64,000 nt of DNA. Origin: Planctomycetota bacterium (lineage in GTDB: Bacteria; Planctomycetota; GCA-002687715; CAIWVZ01). Made by a program: the position numbers and the translations under genes. The notes beneath the pieces are model-generated. The model did no database searches, was not told the origin of the DNA, and worked only from the letters and a program-made list of their open reading frames with translations. The DNA lies in NCBI GenBank assembly GCA_044222185.1, contig JBGANV010000002.1:832001-896000 (forward strand), read 5' to 3'. Below are positions 30,459 to 39,107 of the stretch, one piece after another; within the stretch, counting starts at the first letter, position 1, and each line of letters opens with the position of its first letter.

Positions 30459-31520
30459 ATGGAAACCGTCACAGAGCTCAAGTTGTCGCCGCGGGAGCGG
30501 TTCCTCCGGGCGGCTCGCCGACAACCCGTCGACCGGCTGCCGATCTGGTTCATGCGGCAAGCCGGGCGATACCTCCCCGAGTACCGAGCTCTGCGACAGG
30601 GTCGCACGTTCATGGACATGGTGCGATCGCCCGAGCTGGCGGCCGAGCTGACGTGCCAGCCGATCCGCCGGTTCGACTTCGACGCGGCCGTGATCTTCTC
30701 CGACATTCTCGTGCCCGTGGCGGCCATGGGACGCGGTGTCCGGTTCGAAGAGGGCGAGGGGCCCATCATCGAACCGGCCGTGCGCACGCGCGCCGACGTG
30801 GAGTCGCTGGAGCCGTTCGACCCGGATGTCGCCACGGGGTTCCTCGGTCAGTCGATCCGCCTCGTACGCCAGCAACTGGGTCCCGATCGCGCAATCATCG
30901 GCTTCTGCGGCGGGCCGTTCACCGTCGCGAGCTATCTCATCGAAGGCCGCTCCTCCCGAGACTTCGGGCGCACGAAGGCCCTGATGCATTCGGATCGGGC
31001 GACGTTCGCCGAGCTCCTCGCGCGCGTCGTCGACGCGTCGGTGCCGTACCTGGGCATGCAGGTGGCCGCGGGCGCCGACGTCCTCCAGATCTTCGACTCG
31101 TGGGGCGGCGCTCTCGACGCGGACACCTACCGCGAGGTCGTGCTCCCGCACCTCGAGCGCCTGGTCGTGTGCGCGAAGGCGCTGGGCGTCCCCGTCATCC
31201 TCTACTGCAACGGGGGGATGCACCTCGTGCAAGTGCTCTCCGAATCCGGCCCCGACGTCCTGAGCCTGGACTGGCGCGTCGACGTCCGTGCGGCGATCGC
31301 CTCCCACGGATCGCGCTTCGCGTTCCAGGGCAACCTCGATCCGGGCTGTCTGCTGGGGACTCCCGCGGGTGCGGCGGCGGAGGCGAAGCGCGTCCTCGAT
31401 CGTTTCGAGGGCGCGGCCGGCCACATCTTCAACCTCGGGAGCGGCATCACCCCCGAGGCGTCCATCGAGTGCGTGCAGGCGGTCATCGACGTCGTCCGCG
31501 CGAGAGGGAGGAAGCCGTGA
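30459..31520 (+). CDS. hemE: Uroporphyrinogen decarboxylase
   Basis: PIWFMRQAGRYLPEY, FSDILVP, QGNLDP. Confidence 0.96.
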   Translation: METVTELKLSPRERFLRAARRQPVDRLPIWFMRQAGRYLPEYRALRQGRTFMDMVRSPELAAELTCQPIRRFDFDAAVIFSDILVPVAAMGRGVRFEEGEGPIIEPAVRTRADVESLEPFDPDVATGFLGQSIRLVRQQLGPDRAIIGFCGGPFTVASYLIEGRSSRDFGRTKALMHSDRATFAELLARVVDASVPYLGMQVAAGADVLQIFDSWGGALDADTYREVVLPHLERLVVCAKALGVPVILYCNGGMHLVQVLSESGPDVLSLDWRVDVRAAIASHGSRFAFQGNLDPGCLLGTPAGAAAEAKRVLDRFEGAAGHIFNLGSGITPEASIECVQAVIDVVRARGRKP

Positions 31521-32917
31521 ACCAACCCCTTCAGTTGAACGTGCCCGCTGACCTCCTTCAGCGGTACGGCACGGCCGCGCCCCGGTACACGTCCTACCCG
31601 ACGGCCGTCGACTGGAAGGACAACCTGAACGCTGCCGAGTATCCCGAGCGGCTTGCCCGCGTCGCGAAGAGCAACGACCCGCTCTCCGTCTACGTGCACA
31701 TCCCGTTCTGCGAGGCGCGCTGCTTCTTCTGCGGTTGCAACGTCGTCATCACGAAGAACCACCAGAAGTCGAACCCCTACATCGACTCCCTCGAGCGCGA
31801 GTTCGCCGCGGTGAAGTCCACGGGGATCGCCAACCGTCCGGTGCGCCAGTACCACTGGGGCGGCGGCACGCCGACGTTCCTGAGCGAAGACGAGATGCGC
31901 CGCCTGCACGACATCTTCCGCAACACGTTCCGGTTCGCCGAGGACTCGGAGGTCGCCATCGAAGTCGACCCGCGCCACACGACGCCCGGCCAGGTGAAAC
32001 TCCTGGCGGAGATGGGGTTCAATCGCGTGTCCATGGGCGTGCAGGACTTCGACGAGAAGGTTCAAGAGGCCGTCCATCGGATCCAGTCCGAGGCGCAGAC
32101 GCGATCGATCGTCGAGTGCGCGCGGGATGCGGGCATCCGTTCGATCAACATCGACCTGATCTACGGGCTCCCGTACCAGACCCTCGATGGGTTCAAGGTG
32201 ACGCTCGAGCGCGTCCTCGACATCCGACCCGAGCGCGTGGCGCTCTACCACTACGCCCACGTGCCGTGGATCCGCAAGCACCAGAACGCCCTGCCGGACG
32301 AAGCCTTCCCGGACTCGACGGTGCGGATGAACATCTTCACGTACGCCGTGGCCGCGTTCACGGCGGCCGGCTACGAGTACATCGGCTTCGACCACTTCGC
32401 ATTGCCCGACGACGAACTGGCCGTCGCGCGCCGCGGCGGCTTCCTCCAGCGGAACTTCATGGGGTACTCCACGCGGCGTGGCACCGACCTCATCCCGTTC
32501 GGAGTGTCGAGCATCGGCGAGATCGACGGCGCGTTCGTCCAGAACCCCCACGAGGTCGACCCGTGGACGAAGCGCGCGAACGAAACGGGCTTCGCGGTCT
32601 ACCGCGGACACGTGCTCGACCGGGAGGACCGCCTCCGTCGCGAAGTGATCCTCTCGCTCATGTGCAACAACCGGATCGACAAGCGCGCGATCGAGCGCGA
32701 CTGGCAGATCGACTTCGACAGCTACTTCGCACGCGAATTGGGCGAGCTCGAGGGGCCCGAGCGCGACGGGCTGGTCGTGCGCGGCAAGGACACCGTGGAC
32801 TCCACGCCTTTGGGTCAGGTCTTCCTCCGCAACCTCGCGTTGCCGTTCGATACGTATTACCGCAAGCGGCAGGAGGCGGGCTCGGGCACGGGCCGCACGT
32901 TCTCGAGGACGGTTTGA
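31517..32917 (+). CDS. hemN: Oxygen-independent coproporphyrinogen III oxidase
   Basis: PRYTSYPTA, HIPFCEARCFFCGC radical SAM motif, GGGTPT, RNFMGY. Confidence 0.95.
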   Translation: MNQPLQLNVPADLLQRYGTAAPRYTSYPTAVDWKDNLNAAEYPERLARVAKSNDPLSVYVHIPFCEARCFFCGCNVVITKNHQKSNPYIDSLEREFAAVKSTGIANRPVRQYHWGGGTPTFLSEDEMRRLHDIFRNTFRFAEDSEVAIEVDPRHTTPGQVKLLAEMGFNRVSMGVQDFDEKVQEAVHRIQSEAQTRSIVECARDAGIRSINIDLIYGLPYQTLDGFKVTLERVLDIRPERVALYHYAHVPWIRKHQNALPDEAFPDSTVRMNIFTYAVAAFTAAGYEYIGFDHFALPDDELAVARRGGFLQRNFMGYSTRRGTDLIPFGVSSIGEIDGAFVQNPHEVDPWTKRANETGFAVYRGHVLDREDRLRREVILSLMCNNRIDKRAIERDWQIDFDSYFARELGELEGPERDGLVVRGKDTVDSTPLGQVFLRNLALPFDTYYRKRQEAGSGTGRTFSRTV

Positions 32918-33957
32918 TGAACGTCGTCGGCAAGGTGGGGCCGGGCGGCCGGTGGGGCTTGATCGCACTGAACATGGGCGGGCCGGATCGCCCCGAGGCG
33001 ATCGAGCCGTTCCTGCGAAACCTGCTGGCGGATCGCGACATGATCCGCCTGCCGCTGCCGCTGAAGCCTCTCCAGGGGACCTTCGCTCGCCTCATCGCGA
33101 AGCGACGTGCCGGCGTGGTTCGAGTGAACTACGAGCACCTCGGTGGCGCGTCGCCGCTTCTCGATTTCACCTGGAAGCAGGCGCGGGCGATCGCAGCGAT
33201 CCTGTGCGAACTCGGTGTCGACACGACGCCGTTCGTGGCGATGCGGTACTGGCATCCGTTCGCGAACGAGGTGGCCCGCGAGATCGCCTCGGCGAAGCTC
33301 GACGGACTGATCGTGCTCTCGTTGTACCCGCAGTTCTCGTACGCGACGTCGGGCTCGAGCCTGAAAGACATGACCGTGGCGTTGGCGCGTGCCGGCCTGG
33401 GCGCCATGCCGGTCGTCAGCATCGACAGGTTTCCGACACTGCCCGGATACATCGACGCGACTGCCGCGTCCATCGTCCGCGCGGTCGAGGCGATCGGCGG
33501 GCCTGCGCCGCACGTGTTGTTCTCGGCCCACGGGCTTCCGCAGAAGTACGTCGACTCGGGCGATCCCTACCGCAAGGAGATCGAGCTCTCGTACCGGGCG
33601 ATGGTGGGGCGTCTTCCGAGACACCTGGAGTGCTCGCTCTCCTTTCAAAGCCGAGTGGGTCCGCAGCAGTGGCTGAAGCCCTACACGGACGCACACGTCC
33701 GCGAACTCGCGGCACGGGGAGTCAAGCGCCTGCTCATGATCCCGCTCGCGTTCGTCTCGGATCACGTCGAGACGCTCTCGGAAATGGACGTGGACTACGG
33801 CGGACTTGCGCGCTCGCTTGGCATGGAATTCCACCGGGCACCGGCACTGAATGACGACCCAACCTTCATGCGCGCGCTCGCCGAGCTGGCGTTCGCGCGA
33901 TGGAGCGAGCGCGAGCCGCATCCGATCGAGCGAACGGGCGGGCGGGTGAGGGCCTGA
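32917..33957 (+). CDS. hemH: Ferrochelatase
   Basis: NMGGP, MRYWHP, LYPQFS, FSAHGLP, FVSDHVETL. Confidence 0.95.
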   Translation: MNVVGKVGPGGRWGLIALNMGGPDRPEAIEPFLRNLLADRDMIRLPLPLKPLQGTFARLIAKRRAGVVRVNYEHLGGASPLLDFTWKQARAIAAILCELGVDTTPFVAMRYWHPFANEVAREIASAKLDGLIVLSLYPQFSYATSGSSLKDMTVALARAGLGAMPVVSIDRFPTLPGYIDATAASIVRAVEAIGGPAPHVLFSAHGLPQKYVDSGDPYRKEIELSYRAMVGRLPRHLECSLSFQSRVGPQQWLKPYTDAHVRELAARGVKRLLMIPLAFVSDHVETLSEMDVDYGGLARSLGMEFHRAPALNDDPTFMRALAELAFARWSEREPHPIERTGGRVRA

Positions 33958-33960
33958 TTC

Positions 33961-35361
33961 ATGGTGCTGCGATGTGCAGTGATCGGGGGCGGGATCAGCG
34001 GCCTTGCCGCGGCGTTCGACCTCATGCGCGGCGGCGCCGACTGCGTGTTGCTCGAGGCCGATTCGTCCCCAGGTGGCGTCGTGCGTTCACGGCGTGTCGG
34101 CGCGTACCTCTTCGAGGATGGTCCCAACTCGGTGCCCGCGACGGCCGAGCCGTTCGTCGCGTTCGCGAAGGATCTGGGGCTGGGCGACCGGATGATCCGC
34201 TCCCGCGACGAGGCATCGATCCGCCACGTCTACGATCACGGGCGACTGTGCAAGCTTCCCGGTGGCGCGAAGGAGTTCTTCACGACGCCGCTGCTGACCT
34301 GGGGGAATCGTCTTCGCCTCTTCATGGAGCCGTTCGTCGGCGCGCGCCGCAGCGGCCCCGAAGAGAGCGTGGCCGACTTCTTCGGCCGACGCTTCGGCCG
34401 CGGGATCACGTCGACGTTCGTGGATGCGATCGTCTCCGGGATCTTCGCCGGCGATCCGACTCGCCTCGGCGTCGCGAGCGCATTCCCCGAGATGCACGCC
34501 ATGGAGGTCGAGCACGGAAGCCTCTTCGGCGCCATGAAGGCTCGAGCGAAGAAGCGACGTCTGGAATCGAACGGCGCTCCGCGGCCGAAGGCATCCCAGA
34601 TGGTGTCGTTCCCGGACGGCCTGGGCGAGGTCCCATCCGCATGTGCGGCCGCCTTGGGCCAGAGGGTCCGCTGCGGCGTCGACGTCACCTCGATCGAACG
34701 CGCCAAGACCGGCGGCTTCGTCGTGACGACGCGCCGTGGTGGCGCCGATGAGTCGCTCACGGTCGATCGCGTCGTCATGGCCACGCCGGCGGCGAAGAGT
34801 GTCGCCCTGCTCGCGCCCCTCGCCCCGACGGCCGCGGCGCTCGTCAAGCAGGTCGAGCACGCGTCGATGGCGATCGCGCAGGCCGGATTCCGGCGCGACG
34901 CCCTTCCGGGATTGCCCGAGGGCTTCGGATTCCTCATCCCGCGCCGTGAGCGATTGCGGACGCTTGGTTGGATCTTCGGCTCGCAGATCTTCGCGGGGCG
35001 TGCCGACGACGGCACGGTCGCGATCACGGGCTTCTTTGGCGGCGTACACGACCCGAGTGTCCTCGATCTGGGTGACGCGGAGTTCCAGACCCAAGCTCTC
35101 GGCGAGCTGGCGACGGAGCTGAAGCTCCCCGCGCCGCCGCGCCCCGACGTGTTCCGCGTCGTGCGATGGCGGTCCACCATCCCGCAATACAACGTTGGAC
35201 ACGCAGAGAGGGCGAAAGCCGTCGTCGCCGCGGTGGGCGCGGCGGCTCCGGGATTGATCCTCGCCGGGAACTGGGTCGCAGGCGTGGCGGTGCCCAAGTG
35301 CATCCTGCGCGGGCGGGCCGCCGCGCGCGAAGCGTTGACGCCTGGCGGAGCGCAGCCATGA
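33961..35361 (+). CDS. hemY: HemY-type protoporphyrinogen oxidase
   Basis: VIGGGISGLAAA, FEDGPNS, GIFAGDP, GFGFLIP, IPQYNVGH. Confidence 0.92.
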   Translation: MVLRCAVIGGGISGLAAAFDLMRGGADCVLLEADSSPGGVVRSRRVGAYLFEDGPNSVPATAEPFVAFAKDLGLGDRMIRSRDEASIRHVYDHGRLCKLPGGAKEFFTTPLLTWGNRLRLFMEPFVGARRSGPEESVADFFGRRFGRGITSTFVDAIVSGIFAGDPTRLGVASAFPEMHAMEVEHGSLFGAMKARAKKRRLESNGAPRPKASQMVSFPDGLGEVPSACAAALGQRVRCGVDVTSIERAKTGGFVVTTRRGGADESLTVDRVVMATPAAKSVALLAPLAPTAAALVKQVEHASMAIAQAGFRRDALPGLPEGFGFLIPRRERLRTLGWIFGSQIFAGRADDGTVAITGFFGGVHDPSVLDLGDAEFQTQALGELATELKLPAPPRPDVFRVVRWRSTIPQYNVGHAERAKAVVAAVGAAAPGLILAGNWVAGVAVPKCILRGRAAAREALTPGGAQP

Positions 35362-36191
35362 GGCAACTGGTCAATTTCCTCATCGCCGTCGTGCCCCTGA
35401 TCCAATGGGAGGTGTTGCGGCGCGGGCACGATGCCTTCCTTGCGACGGCCGACGCCCACCGATCGGGACGCAGCGATGCACTGCTTGCGTGGCTCGGGCG
35501 GCTTCTGCACGTCGCGTTGTTCGTGTGTCTCTCGGTGCAGGCCGGGTTCCTCGCGCTGACGACCCCAGCCGCCGGGCTGAGCGCACTCGCCCTCGCGTTG
35601 TCGATCGTGTACGGCGTCATCGAATGGCGAAGTGGGATCCGCAACCTGGGCGTGTTCGTCGCGCTCGGCGTCTTCGGCTTCCAACTCGCGGCGACCGTCT
35701 CGGGTTTCGGCATGCCTGCGGAGGCGGGGCCCGCGCGGAGCAACCTGTTTGCCGTGCACGTGATCACGATCACAGTCGCCTGTGCCACGCTGCTTCTGTC
35801 AGGCTTCTTTGGTGCGATCTACATGGTGATGGAGCGGCAGATGCGGCGGCGGACGTTCGGGCTGCTCTACGGCCGCCTGCCCACGCTCACCGAGCTCGCG
35901 ACGCTCAACCGCGCCTCGGCGACGGTCGGGTTCGTGATCATGACCGTCGGGCTGAACTTCGGGATCTGGCAGGCGCACGACGACAAGACGCCCCAGTTCT
36001 CCTACCGCGACCCCAAGGTCGTGGCGACGATCATCCTGTGGCTGTTGTTCGGGGCCATCGGGATCTCGCGTTGGACCAAGCTCCTCAGTGGTCGCAAGGC
36101 CGCGGTCGCGGCCGTCGCCGGACTGGGCGTGCTCGTGGTCACGTTGGCCGTGTCACTCGTTCCAGGACTCTCGTTCCACCGGTTCGACTGA
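35358..36191 (+). CDS. ccsA: Cytochrome c assembly CcsA/HemX-like membrane protein
   Basis: About 8 TM helices, conserved His (AVHV), RLPTL..L, GIWQAH..DPKV; directly upstream of hemA. Confidence 0.75.
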   Translation: MRQLVNFLIAVVPLIQWEVLRRGHDAFLATADAHRSGRSDALLAWLGRLLHVALFVCLSVQAGFLALTTPAAGLSALALALSIVYGVIEWRSGIRNLGVFVALGVFGFQLAATVSGFGMPAEAGPARSNLFAVHVITITVACATLLLSGFFGAIYMVMERQMRRRTFGLLYGRLPTLTELATLNRASATVGFVIMTVGLNFGIWQAHDDKTPQFSYRDPKVVATIILWLLFGAIGISRWTKLLSGRKAAVAAVAGLGVLVVTLAVSLVPGLSFHRFD

Positions 36192-37435
36192 TGGATACGA
36201 CTCAAGCCCATGAGCTCGTACTCGTCGGGCTGTCTCACAAGACGGCGCCGGTCGACGTCCGTCAGAAGAGCGCGATCCCGAAAGCGAAGCTCCGCGATCG
36301 GCTCACGCAGATGTGCGCCGAGACGACTTCGGCCGAGATGCTCATCGTCTCGACCTGCAATCGCACGGAGATCCTCGCGGCAGGCCCGGACGGCCGCGAG
36401 GTCGAGCGGCGGATCCGCGACGCCTTCCCGAACGAGGCGCGGCCTTCGCTGTACTCGCATCACGGTCCCGAAGCGGTGATCCACCTCTTCAGCGTGTGCT
36501 CGGGGTTGCGTTCGATGGTGCTGGGGGAAAGCGAAATCCAGGCCCAGATCAAGGACGCGTGGACCGAGGCCCAGGCGGCCGGGACCGTCGGGACGTCGCT
36601 CGAGGCGCTTCTCCAACAGGCCATGCGCGTCGGCAAGCGGATCCGCACGGAGACGGCGCTGACCCGGGGGACGCTCTCCGTCGCGAGTGCGGCCGTCGAG
36701 CTGTCGACGAAGGTGTTCAGCGACCTGAAGCAATGCCGAGCGCTCGTCATCGGAGCCGGGGAGACCGGGCTCCTCGTAGCGACGCACCTGCGAGAGCGAG
36801 GCATCAAGGACCTCACCTTCACGAACCGGACGCTCGAGCGCGCGCAGCTCGCGGCGGAACAGTTCTCCGCATCCGTGATCCCGTTCGACCAGATGATCGC
36901 CGCGGTGGCCGATCACGACGTCGTGGTCGCCTGCGTGGAGGCGCCCATGGTTCTGTTCGGCGCGAAGGAGCTGGAGTCGCAGAAGTGGCCGTCGCGTGAC
37001 GTGCCCAAGGTGTTCGTCGACCTGTCGATCCCGCGCGCGCTCGACAAGAACGTGAACGGTTTCCGGGACGCATTCCTCTTCGATCTGGACGCGTTGCAGG
37101 CGATCGTCGACAAGCACCTCGAAGCGCGTCGCGCCGAAGTGGAACAGGCCGACCGGATCATCCTGGAAGAGGTCCACAAGTTCCTCGCCCTGCGCATCTA
37201 CGCCGCGCTGTCGCCCGCCGTCGCCGGCCTCGCCGAGCAGTTCGAGGCCATGCGCCAGAAGTGGCTGGAATCCCACAAGGGCGTCGACCCGGCGGTTCTC
37301 GACGCGTTGTCGAAGGATCTCTCCAAGCATCTCCTCGCGGTCGCGCAGTCGCAGATCAAGGCGGGGACCAAACTCACTCAATCCGAGCTGGCGATCGAGA
37401 GGTCGTACCGGCGGTACCGGGAGCAGCACACATGA
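36191..37435 (+). CDS. hemA: Glutamyl-tRNA reductase
   Basis: GLSHKTAPV, STCNRTE, SMVLGESEI, IGAGETG, DLSIPR. Confidence 0.95.
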   Translation: MDTTQAHELVLVGLSHKTAPVDVRQKSAIPKAKLRDRLTQMCAETTSAEMLIVSTCNRTEILAAGPDGREVERRIRDAFPNEARPSLYSHHGPEAVIHLFSVCSGLRSMVLGESEIQAQIKDAWTEAQAAGTVGTSLEALLQQAMRVGKRIRTETALTRGTLSVASAAVELSTKVFSDLKQCRALVIGAGETGLLVATHLRERGIKDLTFTNRTLERAQLAAEQFSASVIPFDQMIAAVADHDVVVACVEAPMVLFGAKELESQKWPSRDVPKVFVDLSIPRALDKNVNGFRDAFLFDLDALQAIVDKHLEARRAEVEQADRIILEEVHKFLALRIYAALSPAVAGLAEQFEAMRQKWLESHKGVDPAVLDALSKDLSKHLLAVAQSQIKAGTKLTQSELAIERSYRRYREQHT

Positions 37436-38337
37436 TCGGCCTCGCGACCCGCGGCAGTCCGTTGGCACTCTGGCAGGCCGAGCACGCCCGAGCGGCCCTG
37501 GCGTCGGCGATGCCGGGTGAGCGGATCGAGTTCGTGACGGTGTCGACCTCGGGCGACGACGTGCAGGACCGACCGGTGGTGCTCATGGGAGCGACCGGCG
37601 TGTTCACGGTCGAGGTGGATCGGGCGGTCGTCGACGGCCGCGCTCGGTGCGGAGTGCACAGCTTGAAGGACCTCGCCACCCAGCTCGAAGGCGGAATGGT
37701 CCTCGCGGCCGTGCTTCCGCGTGGGCCCGTGGAGGACGTCATCGTCTCTCCGAGGTTCGGGACGCTGTCGGCGCTGCCTGAGGGCGCCAGGGTCGCGACC
37801 GGCAGTCTCCGGCGTCGCGCCATGCTCCTGCGCAAGCGGCCGGACCTCGTCTGCGTGGACATCCGTGGCTTCGTCGGGACGCGGCTGAAGAAGCTCGAGC
37901 GCGGAGACGCGGACGCTCTTCTCATGGCTCGCGCGGGCCTCGAGCGTCTCGGCATGAAGGACCGGATCACGGAGGTGCTTCCCATCGACGCGTTCCTGCC
38001 GGCCGTTGGGCAGGGCCTCGTGGGGATCACGTGCCGCGCCGACGATCGCGAGATGGTCGAAGCCTGGCGCCGCGCAGGTGATGCCGACGGGTTCGCCGCG
38101 GGAACCGCCGAGCGTGCGTTCCTCGCGACGCTTCGCGCCGGGTGTCATGCGCCCGTCGGTGGGCACGCCGTCATGCGAGCCGGTCGACTGCACCTCGAGG
38201 GCCGCGTCCTTTCGAAGGACGGCGTGCGCGAGGTCGCGGGCAGCGCGTCATCGTCTTCCGCGGATGCTGCAACGCTCGGCGCGGACCTCGCGCGCCGGTT
38301 GATGGCCGATGGCGCGTCCGAACTGCTCGAGGGGTGA
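37432..38337 (+). CDS. hemC: Hydroxymethylbilane synthase
   Basis: ATRGSPLALWQA, VHSLKD, TGSLRR, LPAVGQG, AGCHAPVG. Confidence 0.95.
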   Translation: MIGLATRGSPLALWQAEHARAALASAMPGERIEFVTVSTSGDDVQDRPVVLMGATGVFTVEVDRAVVDGRARCGVHSLKDLATQLEGGMVLAAVLPRGPVEDVIVSPRFGTLSALPEGARVATGSLRRRAMLLRKRPDLVCVDIRGFVGTRLKKLERGDADALLMARAGLERLGMKDRITEVLPIDAFLPAVGQGLVGITCRADDREMVEAWRRAGDADGFAAGTAERAFLATLRAGCHAPVGGHAVMRAGRLHLEGRVLSKDGVREVAGSASSSSADAATLGADLARRLMADGASELLEG

Positions 38338-38413
38338 CGCGGCCGATCGACGGTCCGTGACGTGATCGCCGGCAGCGCGCGGTGGCGGAACAGCCTGCGG
38401 GAGCACTCGTCCC

Positions 38414-39037
38414 ATGCCAACCATCGACTCGTGGAATGACGCCTGGTCGCACGTCGGCGCGGTGCCTCCTGAAGGGCTCTACGGGCGCATCGTCTCGGCC
38501 TACAGCGAGCCGCATCGCGCCTACCACACGCTGCAACACCTGGACGAATGTCTCGCACGGCTCGCGCCCGTCGCGCACCTTGCACGAGGTCTGGGCACGG
38601 TCGAACTCGCCGTGTGGTTTCACGATGCGATCTACGACACCAAAGCGACGGACAACGAAGCGAAGAGTGCCCGCTGGGCGCGCGCCGCGCTGCAGGCGAC
38701 CGACGCCGACCGGGAGATCGCCGACCATGTCGAACGGCTGATCCTCGCGACGCGCCACGACGCCATTCCTGACGATGCCGACGCGCGCCTCCTCGTCGAC
38801 GTGGACCTGTCGATCCTCGGGGCGGAGGACGGCCGCTTCGCCGAATACGAAGCCCAGGTGCGCGCCGAATATCGCTGGGTGCCGGAGGCGGCCTACTGCG
38901 AGGGACGGTCGCGCGTGCTGCGTTCGTTCCTCGATCGCCCCGCCATCTATTTCACGCCATGGTTCTCGGACGCGCTCGAGGCGCGTGCGCGCCGGAATCT
39001 GACTCGCTCGCTGGCCGTTCTGGCCTCATCGGGCTGA
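38414..39037 (+). CDS. HD-superfamily metal-dependent phosphohydrolase
   Basis: YSEPHRAYHTLQHL, WFHDAIYD, DNEAKSA, DVDLSILG, VRAEY. Confidence 0.85.
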   Translation: MPTIDSWNDAWSHVGAVPPEGLYGRIVSAYSEPHRAYHTLQHLDECLARLAPVAHLARGLGTVELAVWFHDAIYDTKATDNEAKSARWARAALQATDADREIADHVERLILATRHDAIPDDADARLLVDVDLSILGAEDGRFAEYEAQVRAEYRWVPEAAYCEGRSRVLRSFLDRPAIYFTPWFSDALEARARRNLTRSLAVLASSG

Positions 39038-39107
39038 CGCGATCCGATGGCTCGGTGGCGCCGCCCTCGCCGCGGGGCAAGCAGATTCGGGCGAGTGGCC
39101 GTATTGT

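Noticed and set aside
30653-37431. Long Arg-rich N-terminal extensions on the hemN, hemH, hemA and hemC ORFs (also kdpB/C/D/E and tolC)
   Set aside because: Off-frame read-through of upstream genes; the real starts coincide with stop/start overlaps.
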